A stretch of DNA of 15,677 nucleotides from Octopus sinensis (taxonomy: Eukaryota): positions 1 through 15,677 of the forward strand of contig NW_021825413.1 in the NCBI RefSeq assembly GCF_006345805.1. Direction: 5' to 3'. Positions 1 to 9,402 of the stretch are shown one piece after another. Under the pieces are notes generated by a model. That model had not been told where the DNA came from. It was given only the letters and a program-made list of their open reading frames with translations, and did no database searches. Every line of letters starts with the position of its first letter. Positions within the stretch are counted from its first letter, which is position 1. The position numbers were made by a program, and so were the translations under genes.

Positions 1-332
1 GCGTTTGTGTGTGTGCATACTTTTTAATGCATTAACAAAGCTACCAAATGTTTCATGCCGCTTGAAGATTTCTCAGCAATTATCAAGAATGCCACATGGG
101 ACTGATGAAAATACCTTGTTAACTGGAAAAAAAAAGAAAAGAAAAGAGAAAATACTATTTATCCTCCAATTTGGTGTTGAACGCTCATTCTTACCTATCG
201 ATATTAGAGTATGTACATATATAGATGCGTAGATACATACCTACACACATACATTATATATATAATCTGGGTAATAAACCCTGTTAGTGTGCTTTCTAAA
301 GTTCCTCTCCGATTATAAAAACATATATATAT

Positions 333-363
<31 letters not shown>

Positions 364-512
364 CATATATATGTATGGGTATTATAAAGTAAGAGCAGGA
401 AAAATTACATCAAAAAGTCATAGAAGATATACAGGGTAGCTATATCAAACTCCATTCTTCACCAAGTGCCACATATTAGAGGAGGCTCTTAGTAATAACA
501 GTGTAGCAAAAC

Positions 513-565
513 GGCGGTGCTTCAGCATGGCCGCAGCTCTGAGCTGAAACTAGCAAGAAAAAAAA
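513..565 (+). mobile_element. Retroposon 3' tail fragment
   Basis: GGCGGTGCTTCAGCATGGCCGCAGCTCTGAGCTGAAAC plus an A-rich end; same motif as the other two tails. Confidence 0.75.
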
Positions 566-805
566 TCCCAAATAATTTTATAATAATAGATAAATATATA
601 AAGTATGATTATTTATACATTTATCCATTAATACAATATTTTTTTGGACGTATTTCTTCTGTGATTTTTTCATGTGATTTTTCCTGCTCTTACATTATAC
701 TATATACTCGCTCTTATTAAATGCCTAAATACCTTTAAGGTTTTAGACATTTCCCTACCAAAAGCACTTATTCGAAAATATATATATAGATAGATAGATA
801 GATAA

Positions 806-877
806 AAGAATTTTTTGCATAATGAGATAAAAAGAACCCAAGGCTTTTTTTTTTATCTCATTACGCAAAAAATTCTT
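806..877. repeat. Short palindrome with 28-bp arms
   Basis: AAGAATTTTTTGCATAATGAGATAAAAA (806-833) vs TTTTTATCTCATTACGCAAAAAATTCTT (850-877): 27/28 complementary, 16-nt spacer. Confidence 0.9.
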
Positions 878-1018
878 ATATACACACGCTGACATATGAC
901 CAACGTTGAACTCCTTATTCGCAAAATCTCCGAACCTGGAATTAACTATGATCTGCCTATATCACTTATTCAGCATTACCTGACACCTTTAGGTCTCAGT
1001 GACACCATTAACTCTTAT

Positions 1019-1023
<5 letters not shown>

Positions 1024-1083
<60 letters not shown>
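1024..1083. repeat. (TA)n microsatellite
   Basis: Read directly from the sequence. Confidence 0.95.
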
Positions 1084-1084
<1 letters not shown>

Positions 1085-1086
<2 letters not shown>

Positions 1087-1293
1087 GTGTTGTAACGGGA
1101 AGCTTTATGAAATAGACAAAAGACGAAGGCAGGTGGAAAACAAACGAACAATTGTATTAGTATGGCGCTCAGGAAATATAAATAAAACAAGTCTTTAACG
1201 TTTCGAGCCTACGCTCTTCACAGAAAGATACACAGAGAGAAAAAAAACCAGAAAGAAGGAGAGAAAAAAATGCGTGCAGTAACTAACGAATCA
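1085..1293. mobile_element. Interspersed repeat family X, copy 1 (probable PLE terminal fragment)
   Basis: AAAAGACGAAGRCAGGTGG...GTCTTTAACGTTTCGAGCCTACGCTCTT is shared with 3665-3833 and, inverted, with 10460-10641. The PLE assignment is inferred from the hammerhead-like motif and (TA)n flanks. Confidence 0.75.
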
Positions 1294-1346
1294 TCTATAT
1301 ATATATATATAATATATATAATCATATATATATGTAATGTATGTAT

Positions 1347-1395
1347 TATGTATGTATGTATGTATGTATGTATGTATGTATGTATGTATGTATGT
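1347..1395. repeat. (ATGT)n microsatellite
   Basis: Read directly from the sequence. Confidence 0.95.
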
Positions 1396-2136
1396 TGTTA
1401 TGTATGTAATTGAAACTAGCAAGCAAACTGACCATCCATGTCATTTTCATCTAGATTTGTACGTTTATATTTTTATTATTTGAACATGTTTTTTTTCTTT
1501 TCTCCAGCTTTTTTCTTTGAATTTCTTTGCCTTTATACATGCTACAGTCTATTCTGAAGAAAGTCAAAATCCGAAACGTCTTCAATATTTTCATTTGTTA
1601 ATGCATTTCGCAGTAATTCTACCCTGTTGCTGCTTTTCCTTTGTTGCCTTGACCTTACGCCATTATAAATATATATATATATAACATGTATATAGTTTAG
1701 GTGAACCTTTTGCAAATATATGCCGCGTTTTTGTCATGTGAAAATTATAGCAGTGGGTGATATACTCAGATTCAACTAATTAAGATTATGTGGATAAGAC
1801 ATTATATATATATATATTTATTTTTATAAATTATATTTATTTTCATGCATGCATACACACACACACATATATATATATTTATATATATACATAAATACAT
1901 ACATATATATATGTATGGTTACGTATATATATATATCATTAATATTATGATATTATTATTATTACTATTGTTATTATTATTATTGTTTTAGATTTTATTC
2001 TTACTCATTCATAATTCCTTTCTTAATGTGTAATTATATGTATAAATGATATACATACCAGTCACTATTAATCAGTGTGTGTATGTATACATATATATAT
2101 ATATACATATACATACATGCATACAAATATATAGAA

Positions 2137-2138
2137 GT

Positions 2139-2176
<38 letters not shown>

Positions 2177-2191
2177 TGTGTGTGTGTGTGT
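2137..2191. repeat. (TG)n microsatellite
   Basis: Read directly from the sequence. Confidence 0.95.
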
Positions 2192-2918
2192 GGCGCGTGT
2201 GTGTGCGAAATTAGTTGCTGTCACACCTCCCTTTTTAAATTAGCTTTATCTGAACCTGTCTTCTGTTTCCTAAAATTATTGTCCTTTGACGACCCCGCTT
2301 GTTGACAGGGGGACAACTGGAAACCATATATTGTTGTTATCGATGTCAACTATTTAAAACATCCCTTCCCACCTCCATCACCCTCCCGTAACCGCCTCCA
2401 ACACTACCACCAATAAAACGACAACGACAACCACCACCACCACCATCATGCTCATCATCATCATCACGACCAACGTCAACACTAATCTACCGTCACCTTC
2501 ATCTCCCCATCCTTCTTCTCTCCGTCACAAACTCGTCCCCCTCCTCTTTCTTCTAGTCATATCCACCTTGATTTTCTACATCTGTGTTTATAAAAGCATT
2601 TTCTAATACTTAGAAAGAAGATTCCTCTGTGATTAGGAAGCTGACGTTTCGGTCATTTAATCTTTCACCATTAATTTTGGATTGATTGAAGTTATGTCGG
2701 TAAAAGTCCTAGAAAGTTTCAAAACATCCTGGTACCTACTACATCGTCTTCTTTTTCCGAACAGCTAGGTTATGGGATGACACAAATCAAGATTGGTTAT
2801 CGAGCGGCGGGTGGGACATGCACAAAGACACACTCACACACCACCACACACACACACACACACCACACGCATATATATATATAATATATATATATTATAT
2901 ATATATATACACACATAT

Positions 2919-3081
2919 GTACGATGGGCTCTTTTCGGTTTCTGCGTACCAAGCCCACTCACGAGTCTTTGGTCAACCAAGGGCTATTGTGGAAGATACC
3001 TGTCCAAGGTGCTGCACAGTGAGACTGAACCCAAGACCACATGTGTAGGAAGTAGGCTTCTTAGTCACACAGGCACGCCTG
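2919..3081 (-). mobile_element. Diverged head/core half of SINE family 1
   Basis: Aligns by eye to 14770-14939 (CCAAGGTGCTGCACAGTGAGACTGAACCC vs CCAAGATGCCACGCAGTAGAACTGAACCC). Confidence 0.85.
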
Positions 3082-3633
3082 TGTTTGTGTACGTATGTGC
3101 GTGTGTGCGTAGTATGTTTAAACGCTAGTCTTCCTCGACGAACGAGGAAGCGAAACGTGCATGAACTTTAGTAGGAGAAAATATCTATCGTCAGGCGATA
3201 TATACATACATACATACAATATATATATATCAGTAGATATAATATGTGACAATTATTCGGTAGCCAAGATAAAACTCCGAGTTTCGGATGCCGAGTTGGA
3301 AATCCACGCCACCTTCTCTTCAGATAACCGGCCATCGGAAAAACGCTATGAAAAATGACCGTTATACAAAAAAGGAAATTACTGTGTTATTTACCGCTAT
3401 TAAGACAAAAGCGCTATTCGAATGACCGCTAAGTAAGGTAAGGGGGTAAAAAGTTCATAGTATTCGCATAAGCGCGCCTGTTCATACCTACACATGTGCG
3501 CCCGCACACCCACGTGCGTGCGCATACATTCAACCACCCTCACTTGAAAAACGTACACATCCTCACTCGCATCCTTCGCCAAATGTATATGCATATACAT
3601 ACAAATTCACACACGCGCGCGCACCATTTTTAT

Positions 3634-3664
<31 letters not shown>

Positions 3665-3667
<3 letters not shown>

Positions 3668-3833
3668 AGAATTCACACACACAAAAAAAACAAAAGACGA
3701 AGACAGGTGGTGTAGACAACAAACAGATGTATTAGTATAACGCTCGGGAAGTGAAAACGTCTTTAACGTTTCGAGCCTACGCTCTTACACAGAAATCAAC
3801 GCAGAAAGAAACAAGGAGAGAAAATAAAGAATG
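3665..3833. mobile_element. Interspersed repeat family X, copy 2
   Basis: Homologous to copies 1 and 3; same orientation as copy 1. Confidence 0.75.
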
Positions 3834-3840
3834 TGTGTGT

Positions 3841-3873
<33 letters not shown>

Positions 3874-3896
3874 TGTGTGTGTGTGTGTGTGTGTGT
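3833..3896. repeat. (TG)n microsatellite
   Basis: Read directly from the sequence. Confidence 0.95.
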
Positions 3897-4039
3897 AATA
3901 GTATTTAGAAGAAATCGTTGGTGCAGCTTTTAATGATTTAATTTATTTTGGCATCGTACTAAAGAATAGTGTTCGCATAGATAAAAACAGTATAGCGAAA
4001 TGTGTATGTGTATATTTACTTCTGTGATGTCTTTATCCA

Positions 4040-4045
4040 TCTGTA

Positions 4046-4102
<57 letters not shown>

Positions 4103-4115
4103 CTATCTCTCTCTG

Positions 4116-4147
<32 letters not shown>

Positions 4148-4270
4148 TCTCTCTCTATATATCTATATATATATATATATATATATCTGTCTGTCTGTTT
4201 CTCTATGTATATCTGTCTGTCAGTCTTTCTGTCAATCTCTCTCTCTCTCTTTCTTCTCTTTCTCTCTCAA
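4040..4270. repeat. Compound (ATCT)n/(CT)n/(TA)n microsatellite
   Basis: Read directly; it produces the YLSI-repeat ORFs at 4000-4406. Confidence 0.95.
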
Positions 4271-4598
4271 TTTACGCAATTATTTAGATATTCATAAATA
4301 TGTACATATGTATTTGTGTACGTGTGTGTATAGCTGTTTCTACGTGTTTGTGCGTATGTATGTCCGTACATTAAGAAGTATCGTGAGGATGATTGCCGAA
4401 TCCTGAGTTTTTAGTTACATCTACGCCATATTGCCAAGGAATGTGAAGAGGTTGTGAGTGAGAAGCGATCTGATGGAGACAGAGAGAGGGAGAGAGAGAT
4501 AGTGTGTGTGGTGTGTTTGTGTGTGCTAAATGGTTACTGGCTTTCTAACTTGGGTGGCAGTCATCTTTTTACCATGACCTGCACAAGAACAAGAAGAG

Positions 4599-4625
4599 CA
4601 ACAACAACTACTGCTGCTGCTGCTG

Positions 4626-4668
<43 letters not shown>

Positions 4669-4687
4669 AACTACTACTACTACTACT
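4599..4687. repeat. Compound trinucleotide repeat (ACA)/(CTG)n/(CTA)n
   Basis: Read directly; it produces the poly-Thr and poly-Val ORFs. Confidence 0.95.
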
Positions 4688-4914
4688 TTATGGAGTTGTT
4701 TATTTCTGGACATCTTGGTCATCCGGTAGCATAAATGACCAACATCAGAGCGATTGAATAATCGAACATGATCGAACATCAAGCGTTATCGGTCTTAGTT
4801 TAGAAGTAAATGTTCTTCGATCAATTCCAGTCTTAGTAAATAATTGGGTGCACATCGAGGAATTCTATAAAGAGAAAATAAAACTCGAAACAGTAAAAGG
4901 TCGTGGGTGGGTGT

Positions 4915-5270
4915 TATATGCATATCTGCATTTATATATATGTGTATTTATATATATATATATATATTATATATATATATATATATACAATATATATACA
5001 TATATTACGTATTTATATGCATACAAAGATTTATATAGTATATATGAATGCATACATATAGATACATACATATACATATATGTATATATTGTATATATAT
5101 ATGTATATATATATGTATTTATATATATGTATATATATATATATATATACATGTTCACTTATATACATGCATATGTGTATGTATATATATATATATATAC
5201 ATACATACATACACACACGCATACATATATATATATATATACACACGTATATATGTATAAATACGTACTC
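4915..5270. repeat. Degenerate (TA)n-rich low-complexity tract
   Basis: Read directly from the sequence. Confidence 0.9.
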
Positions 5271-5779
5271 TCTCTATAGAATCACATACGTACATATTTA
5301 TCCATATTCACACGCATAAAATTTTTGATGCTACTGACAATTTCTAATCTGATTAAATACAACAAAAGACAACAAAGACAATCAATAAGCTATTGATAAC
5401 ATATTGATAATTTCGTTGTTAATTTTCATTCTTACGTTTCTATTTCTGTTTTTTACTTTTTTTTCACTTTTTTTTTTACATTTTTGACTTTTTTTCCCCC
5501 GCTGACGGGATGGTGGTGGTGGTGGCAGTGGCAGTGTTGACAGTAAGGAAGCTGACATCGCCAGTTCTAGTAGAAGACAGCATCTATTTCTTGTACGAGA
5601 AGGAGGAGGTGTTGGGTGGTGGTGAAAGTAGAATGGAATGTAGTGTTGTGTGTGTGTGTGGTGCTGCAGTACTCATTCTTTGTACGAGATAAACTCTCAA
5701 AAGCTCGTCACAATGACGAAGTTGCACTCCACACGGATCAAGTGGAATCTTACAAATTAACATCTCATTCTCGCTTTCT

Positions 5780-5999
5780 TCCTCTCTCTCTCTCTTCTCT
5801 CTTTTCTTTATCTCTCTCTCTTTCACCTTCACTCTTTCATTTTTCTTCTCTCTTTCACTTCCTTCCTCCTTCTTCTTTTCTTTGTGTTTGTTTTCTTTTT
5901 CCTTATCTTTCCTTCATACTTTACTTTTTCTTTCTTTAAATCTTTCTTCTCATTTTCCTTTTCTGTCTTTCACCTTTGCTTCTTTCTTTCATACTTTTC

Positions 6000-6034
<35 letters not shown>

Positions 6035-6210
6035 CGCTTTCCTTCCCTTTATTTCTCACTGTTTGTCTTCATTCTCTCTCCTCTTTCTCTTTTTCTCTTT
6101 CCTTCTCTTTCTCTTATATTCTCTCTTTCACCATTTTCTATCTTTGTTTGCTTGTTGGTTTCCTTCTATTTTCTTTCTTTTTCTTCCTTCGTTCTTTCTT
6201 TCATCCCCTT
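5780..6210. repeat. Long CT-rich (polypyrimidine) low-complexity tract
   Basis: Predominantly C/T on the + strand, with (CTTT)n and (CT)n blocks. Confidence 0.9.
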
Positions 6211-6973
6211 TTTCTGAAACCAAAAAGCTGATTTCTTCAAGTGTCTTCACTCACTTCCATATATATACATAAACCCATAGAATGCACGCATCAATTCTTC
6301 ACCTCCAAACACACAACAACCAATGACCAACACACGTATGCATCTATCTCAGACAAATCATCCTCATAAAACACAACACCGCGGCTGCGGACTAACTTCC
6401 CTATAGTTTTATTCTGACATAACCACAATGGCCAGCCACCGACAAACACGGTATTCTTTACTGAAATCCACATAAATCTCACAACAACCTGTGGATCAGA
6501 GACTCTTTACATTGTTGGTAATACGAAGCACAAGATACTGACTCTACTGGCCTACAAAATACAGACGATGACAATTGACCTAAAAAATACACCACAAACT
6601 ATTGGCTTACAATCTCCACACGACGAGTACGGAGCTACGAAATATTAACAAACACAACTGGCCTACAAACAACACGGTAAAAATGCTGACATACAAACAA
6701 CACTCGTACAAACGACACACTACAAGTAGAGATCTACAAACTACATAGAATAACCATTAGCCTACAACGGATACACTAAAAGTACTGGTGCACAAACTAC
6801 ACTTTACAACTGTTGACATTCAGACTACCCACTACAACTACAGACCCAAAAACTAAACTCTACAGCTACTGACCTACAAAGTACGTGGTACAAATACTAA
6901 CCTACAATTTACACTCTACAACTACTGAACTGAAACCTACACATTACAAATAGTGGTCTAGAAAATAAGCTTT

Positions 6974-7062
6974 ACAAATATTCTTTTCTACTCTACGTAC
7001 AGACGAAATACCGCTAAACGTTTCGCCCGGCGTGCTAACGTTTCTGCCAGCTCGTCGCCTTC
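6974..7062 (-). mobile_element. Internally deleted copy of SINE family 2, in tandem with 7070-7292
   Basis: Shares the tail (ACAAATATTCTTTTCTACTC) and head (CAGACGAAATACC...GCCTTC) with the neighbouring copy but lacks the roughly 130-nt middle. Confidence 0.85.
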
Positions 7063-7069
7063 AAAATCA

Positions 7070-7292
7070 ACAAATATTCTTTTCTACTCACGGTACAAGG
7101 GCCGAAATTTTTGGAGAGGGGGCCAGTCGATTAGATCGACTCCAGTACGCATCTAGTACTTAATTTATCGACCCTGAAAGGATGAAAGGCAAAGTCGATC
7201 TCGGCGGAATTTGAACTCAGAACGTAACGGCAGACGAAATACCATCGAGCATTTCGCCCAGTGTGCTAACGATTCTGCCAGCTTGCCGCCTT
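7070..7292 (-). mobile_element. Full-length tRNA-derived SINE (family 2)
   Basis: Minus strand AAGGCGGCAAGCTGGCAGAATCGTTAGCAC...GAGTTCAAATTCC (B box)...GTAGAAAAGAATATT. Homologous copies lie at 6974, 13544 and 13957. Confidence 0.88.
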
Positions 7293-8059
7293 CAAGCTCT
7301 AGAATTAGACCTACCGTTTTGTCTGTGCACATTCTGACATACAATCTACGCTGTGCAGCAACTGGTCAACAAACTGCACATTGCAAACACTGAAGCACAC
7401 GTTGCTCTCTACAAATGCTGTGTGATATATGTAGGTCAGAACTGTAGAGTGTAATACAAATAATGACCTACATACTACATGCTACAACTACTGACCTACA
7501 AATTATACATTACAATCACACACCAACGAAATACATACTACAAGTAGTGACCTACAAACTACACGCTGAGAATACTAACCTACAAACCATAGTCTAAAAC
7601 TATTAACCTACAAGATACACGCTACAGCCACTGACCTACAATCGACACACGATAACCGCTGACCTTTAAATTACGCACTACAACTGGCCTATAAATGCAC
7701 CTTACAACCACTGGCTTAGAAACCACACACTGCAACGACCGACATACAAACCACGCACAACAGCTATTGACCTACAAAATACGCACTACAACCACAGGTG
7801 TACAAAGTATACACATAGTAAATTCTGACCTACAAACTATACATTGAAACTAGCGAGGTACACGCAACACACACTGATCACACACTACAAAATACGCACT
7901 AGTAGCTACACATTACAGCAATGTGTCTACAAACGGCATATTACAACCACAGCCATACAAACTACACACTAGAATTACTCAACCACAGAATTCACTCTAC
8001 AAATAGTGACCTACAAAATACACGCTACATCCATTCACCTAAAACCTACGAATTACAAC

Positions 8060-8326
8060 TTCTTTCTCTTTTTTCACCCTTTTCAAGCCTAGCCAGGCTC
8101 ATGGGTCCGGTTTCCCGGTTTCTGTGACGTATGTGTTCCCCCCAGCTGGACGGGACACCAGTCCATCGCAGCGTTACACAAAAAACAGGAAGAAAGAGTG
8201 AGAGAAAGTTGGAGCGAAAGAGTACAACAGGGGTCGCCACCACCCCTGCCGGAAGCTCGTGGAGCTTTTAGGTGTTTTCGCTCAATAAACACACACAACG
8301 CCCGGTCTGGGAATCGAAACCGCGAT
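8060..8326 (-). mobile_element. 5'-truncated SINE (family 3) with V-domain-like core
   Basis: B-box GTTTCGATTCCC and core CTGCGATGGACTGGTGTCCCGTCCAG (8146-8171). TSD candidate ACGAATTACAAC (8048-8059) / ACGAACTACAAC (8338-8349). Confidence 0.8.
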
Positions 8327-8559
8327 TGCACCTCCACACGAACTACAACAGCTAACCTAAAAAATAAACACTACGGCTATTTACCTACAAAGGGGGTACT
8401 ACTAAAACTGGCCTACAAACTCGACATTATAATCACAGACCTACAAACTACACACTACAAGTCGTGATTTACAAAATATACATCTACTGATCTACAACTG
8501 CAATTGACCTAGAAACTACACATCAAAACTACTGGCCTACAAATTACATACTACAACCA

Positions 8560-8870
8560 ACTGGTACTCCATCGGTTACGACGACGTGGGTTCGAGTTGA
8601 TCCGATCAACTGAAGAGCCCGCTCGTGAAACTATCATGCAAGTGGCTGAGCACACCACAGACATGCGTAGCCTTAGCGAAGTTCTCAGGGAGATTCAGAG
8701 TGACTAAGCCGGCCCTTTGAAATACAAGTACAACCCCTTTTTGCCAGCTGAGTGGACTGGAACAACGAGAAATAAAATATCTTGCTGAAGAACATAAGGC
8801 GCAGCCGGAAATCGAACTCATGACCTTACGATCGTAAGCCAAATACCCTTAACCACTGAGCCACGCGCCT
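8560..8870 (-). mobile_element. Full-length tRNA-derived SINE (family 4)
   Basis: Head AGGCGCGTGGCTCAGTGGTTAAGGG (A box TGGCTCAGTGG) and GAGTTCGATTTCC (B box), then a body of about 240 nt that interrupts the 28-bp array. Confidence 0.82.
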
Positions 8871-9333
8871 TTTTCCATATTACTGACCTACTAAATGCAG
8901 ACTGAAACCACTGACCTACATTCGATGCACTACAAACAGCTGACCTCAAAACAACACGTGACCATCTCTAGCCTACAGACTTCACCCTACAAATACGGGC
9001 CTATAATCTACGGGTTATATTTACTGTACTACAAGGGGCACATTGAGGATGGAGAGATGCATTTAATGTCTTCTTGCATTTTCAGTCTCACACATTCACA
9101 CGCATGGACACCCAAACGCATGCGCAGACACATACGTACCTACACATACATACACGTACGCAGGCGCAATATAACGTACATATACGTTAAAAGTACAGAT
9201 CCACCAACTACATGCTACACTGTAGGGTTGGAGAAGTTTTTAATCAGTTACCCCAAGATATATTTATGCCGAAGTTAATTTGCCTTCTTAATCTGAAAGG
9301 AAGGAAATCAGAGATTCTTAGAATTCAAAAGGT

Positions 9334-9402
9334 TTCCTTAAATCCTTAAAAATGTTTTAGCCCGAAGGCCGCGGTCATGCTGGGGCACCACCGCTGTTTC
9401 TT
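9334..9402 (-). mobile_element. Retroposon (LINE/SINE-type) 3' tail fused to the U2 copy
   Basis: Minus strand GGTGGTGCCCCAGCATGACCGCGGCCTTCGGGCTAAAAC followed by TTAAGGATTTAAGGA. The same motif is present in the tails at 513-565 and 14543-14581. Confidence 0.8.

Noticed and set aside
430-512. Possible C-terminal end of a LINE ORF upstream of the 513 tail
   Set aside because: Only a vague resemblance (CHILEEALS), with stops in the other frames; too short to assign.
2281-2330. TTTGACGA-CCCC...GGGG-GACAACTG-GAAAC as a hammerhead
   Set aside because: The core is altered, 8 extra nt precede GAAA, and there is no convincing stem I or III.
4415-4453. Possible 39-nt micro-exon (TTTTTAG | LHLRHIAKECEEV | GTGAGT)
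   Set aside because: The polypyrimidine tract is short, the peptide is not recognisable and there are no partner exons. It needs RNA-seq support.
4845-4900. CGAG...CTCGAAACAGTA as a hammerhead
   Set aside because: No CUGANGA-like core and no stem I pairing.
6291-6482. Non-repetitive 63-aa ORF on the minus strand (also 5616-5780 on either strand)
   Set aside because: No recognisable motif or clear splice context; length is compatible with chance.
8089-8842. ORFs at 8046-8467 and 8606-8842
   Set aside because: They lie within SINE families 3 and 4 and the adjacent 28-bp array, which are non-coding.
8800-8870. tRNA genes at SINE heads (also 14880-14939, 7210-7292, 13470-13535)
   Set aside because: A/B boxes are present but the cloverleaf is incomplete and each runs into a SINE body or other repeat.
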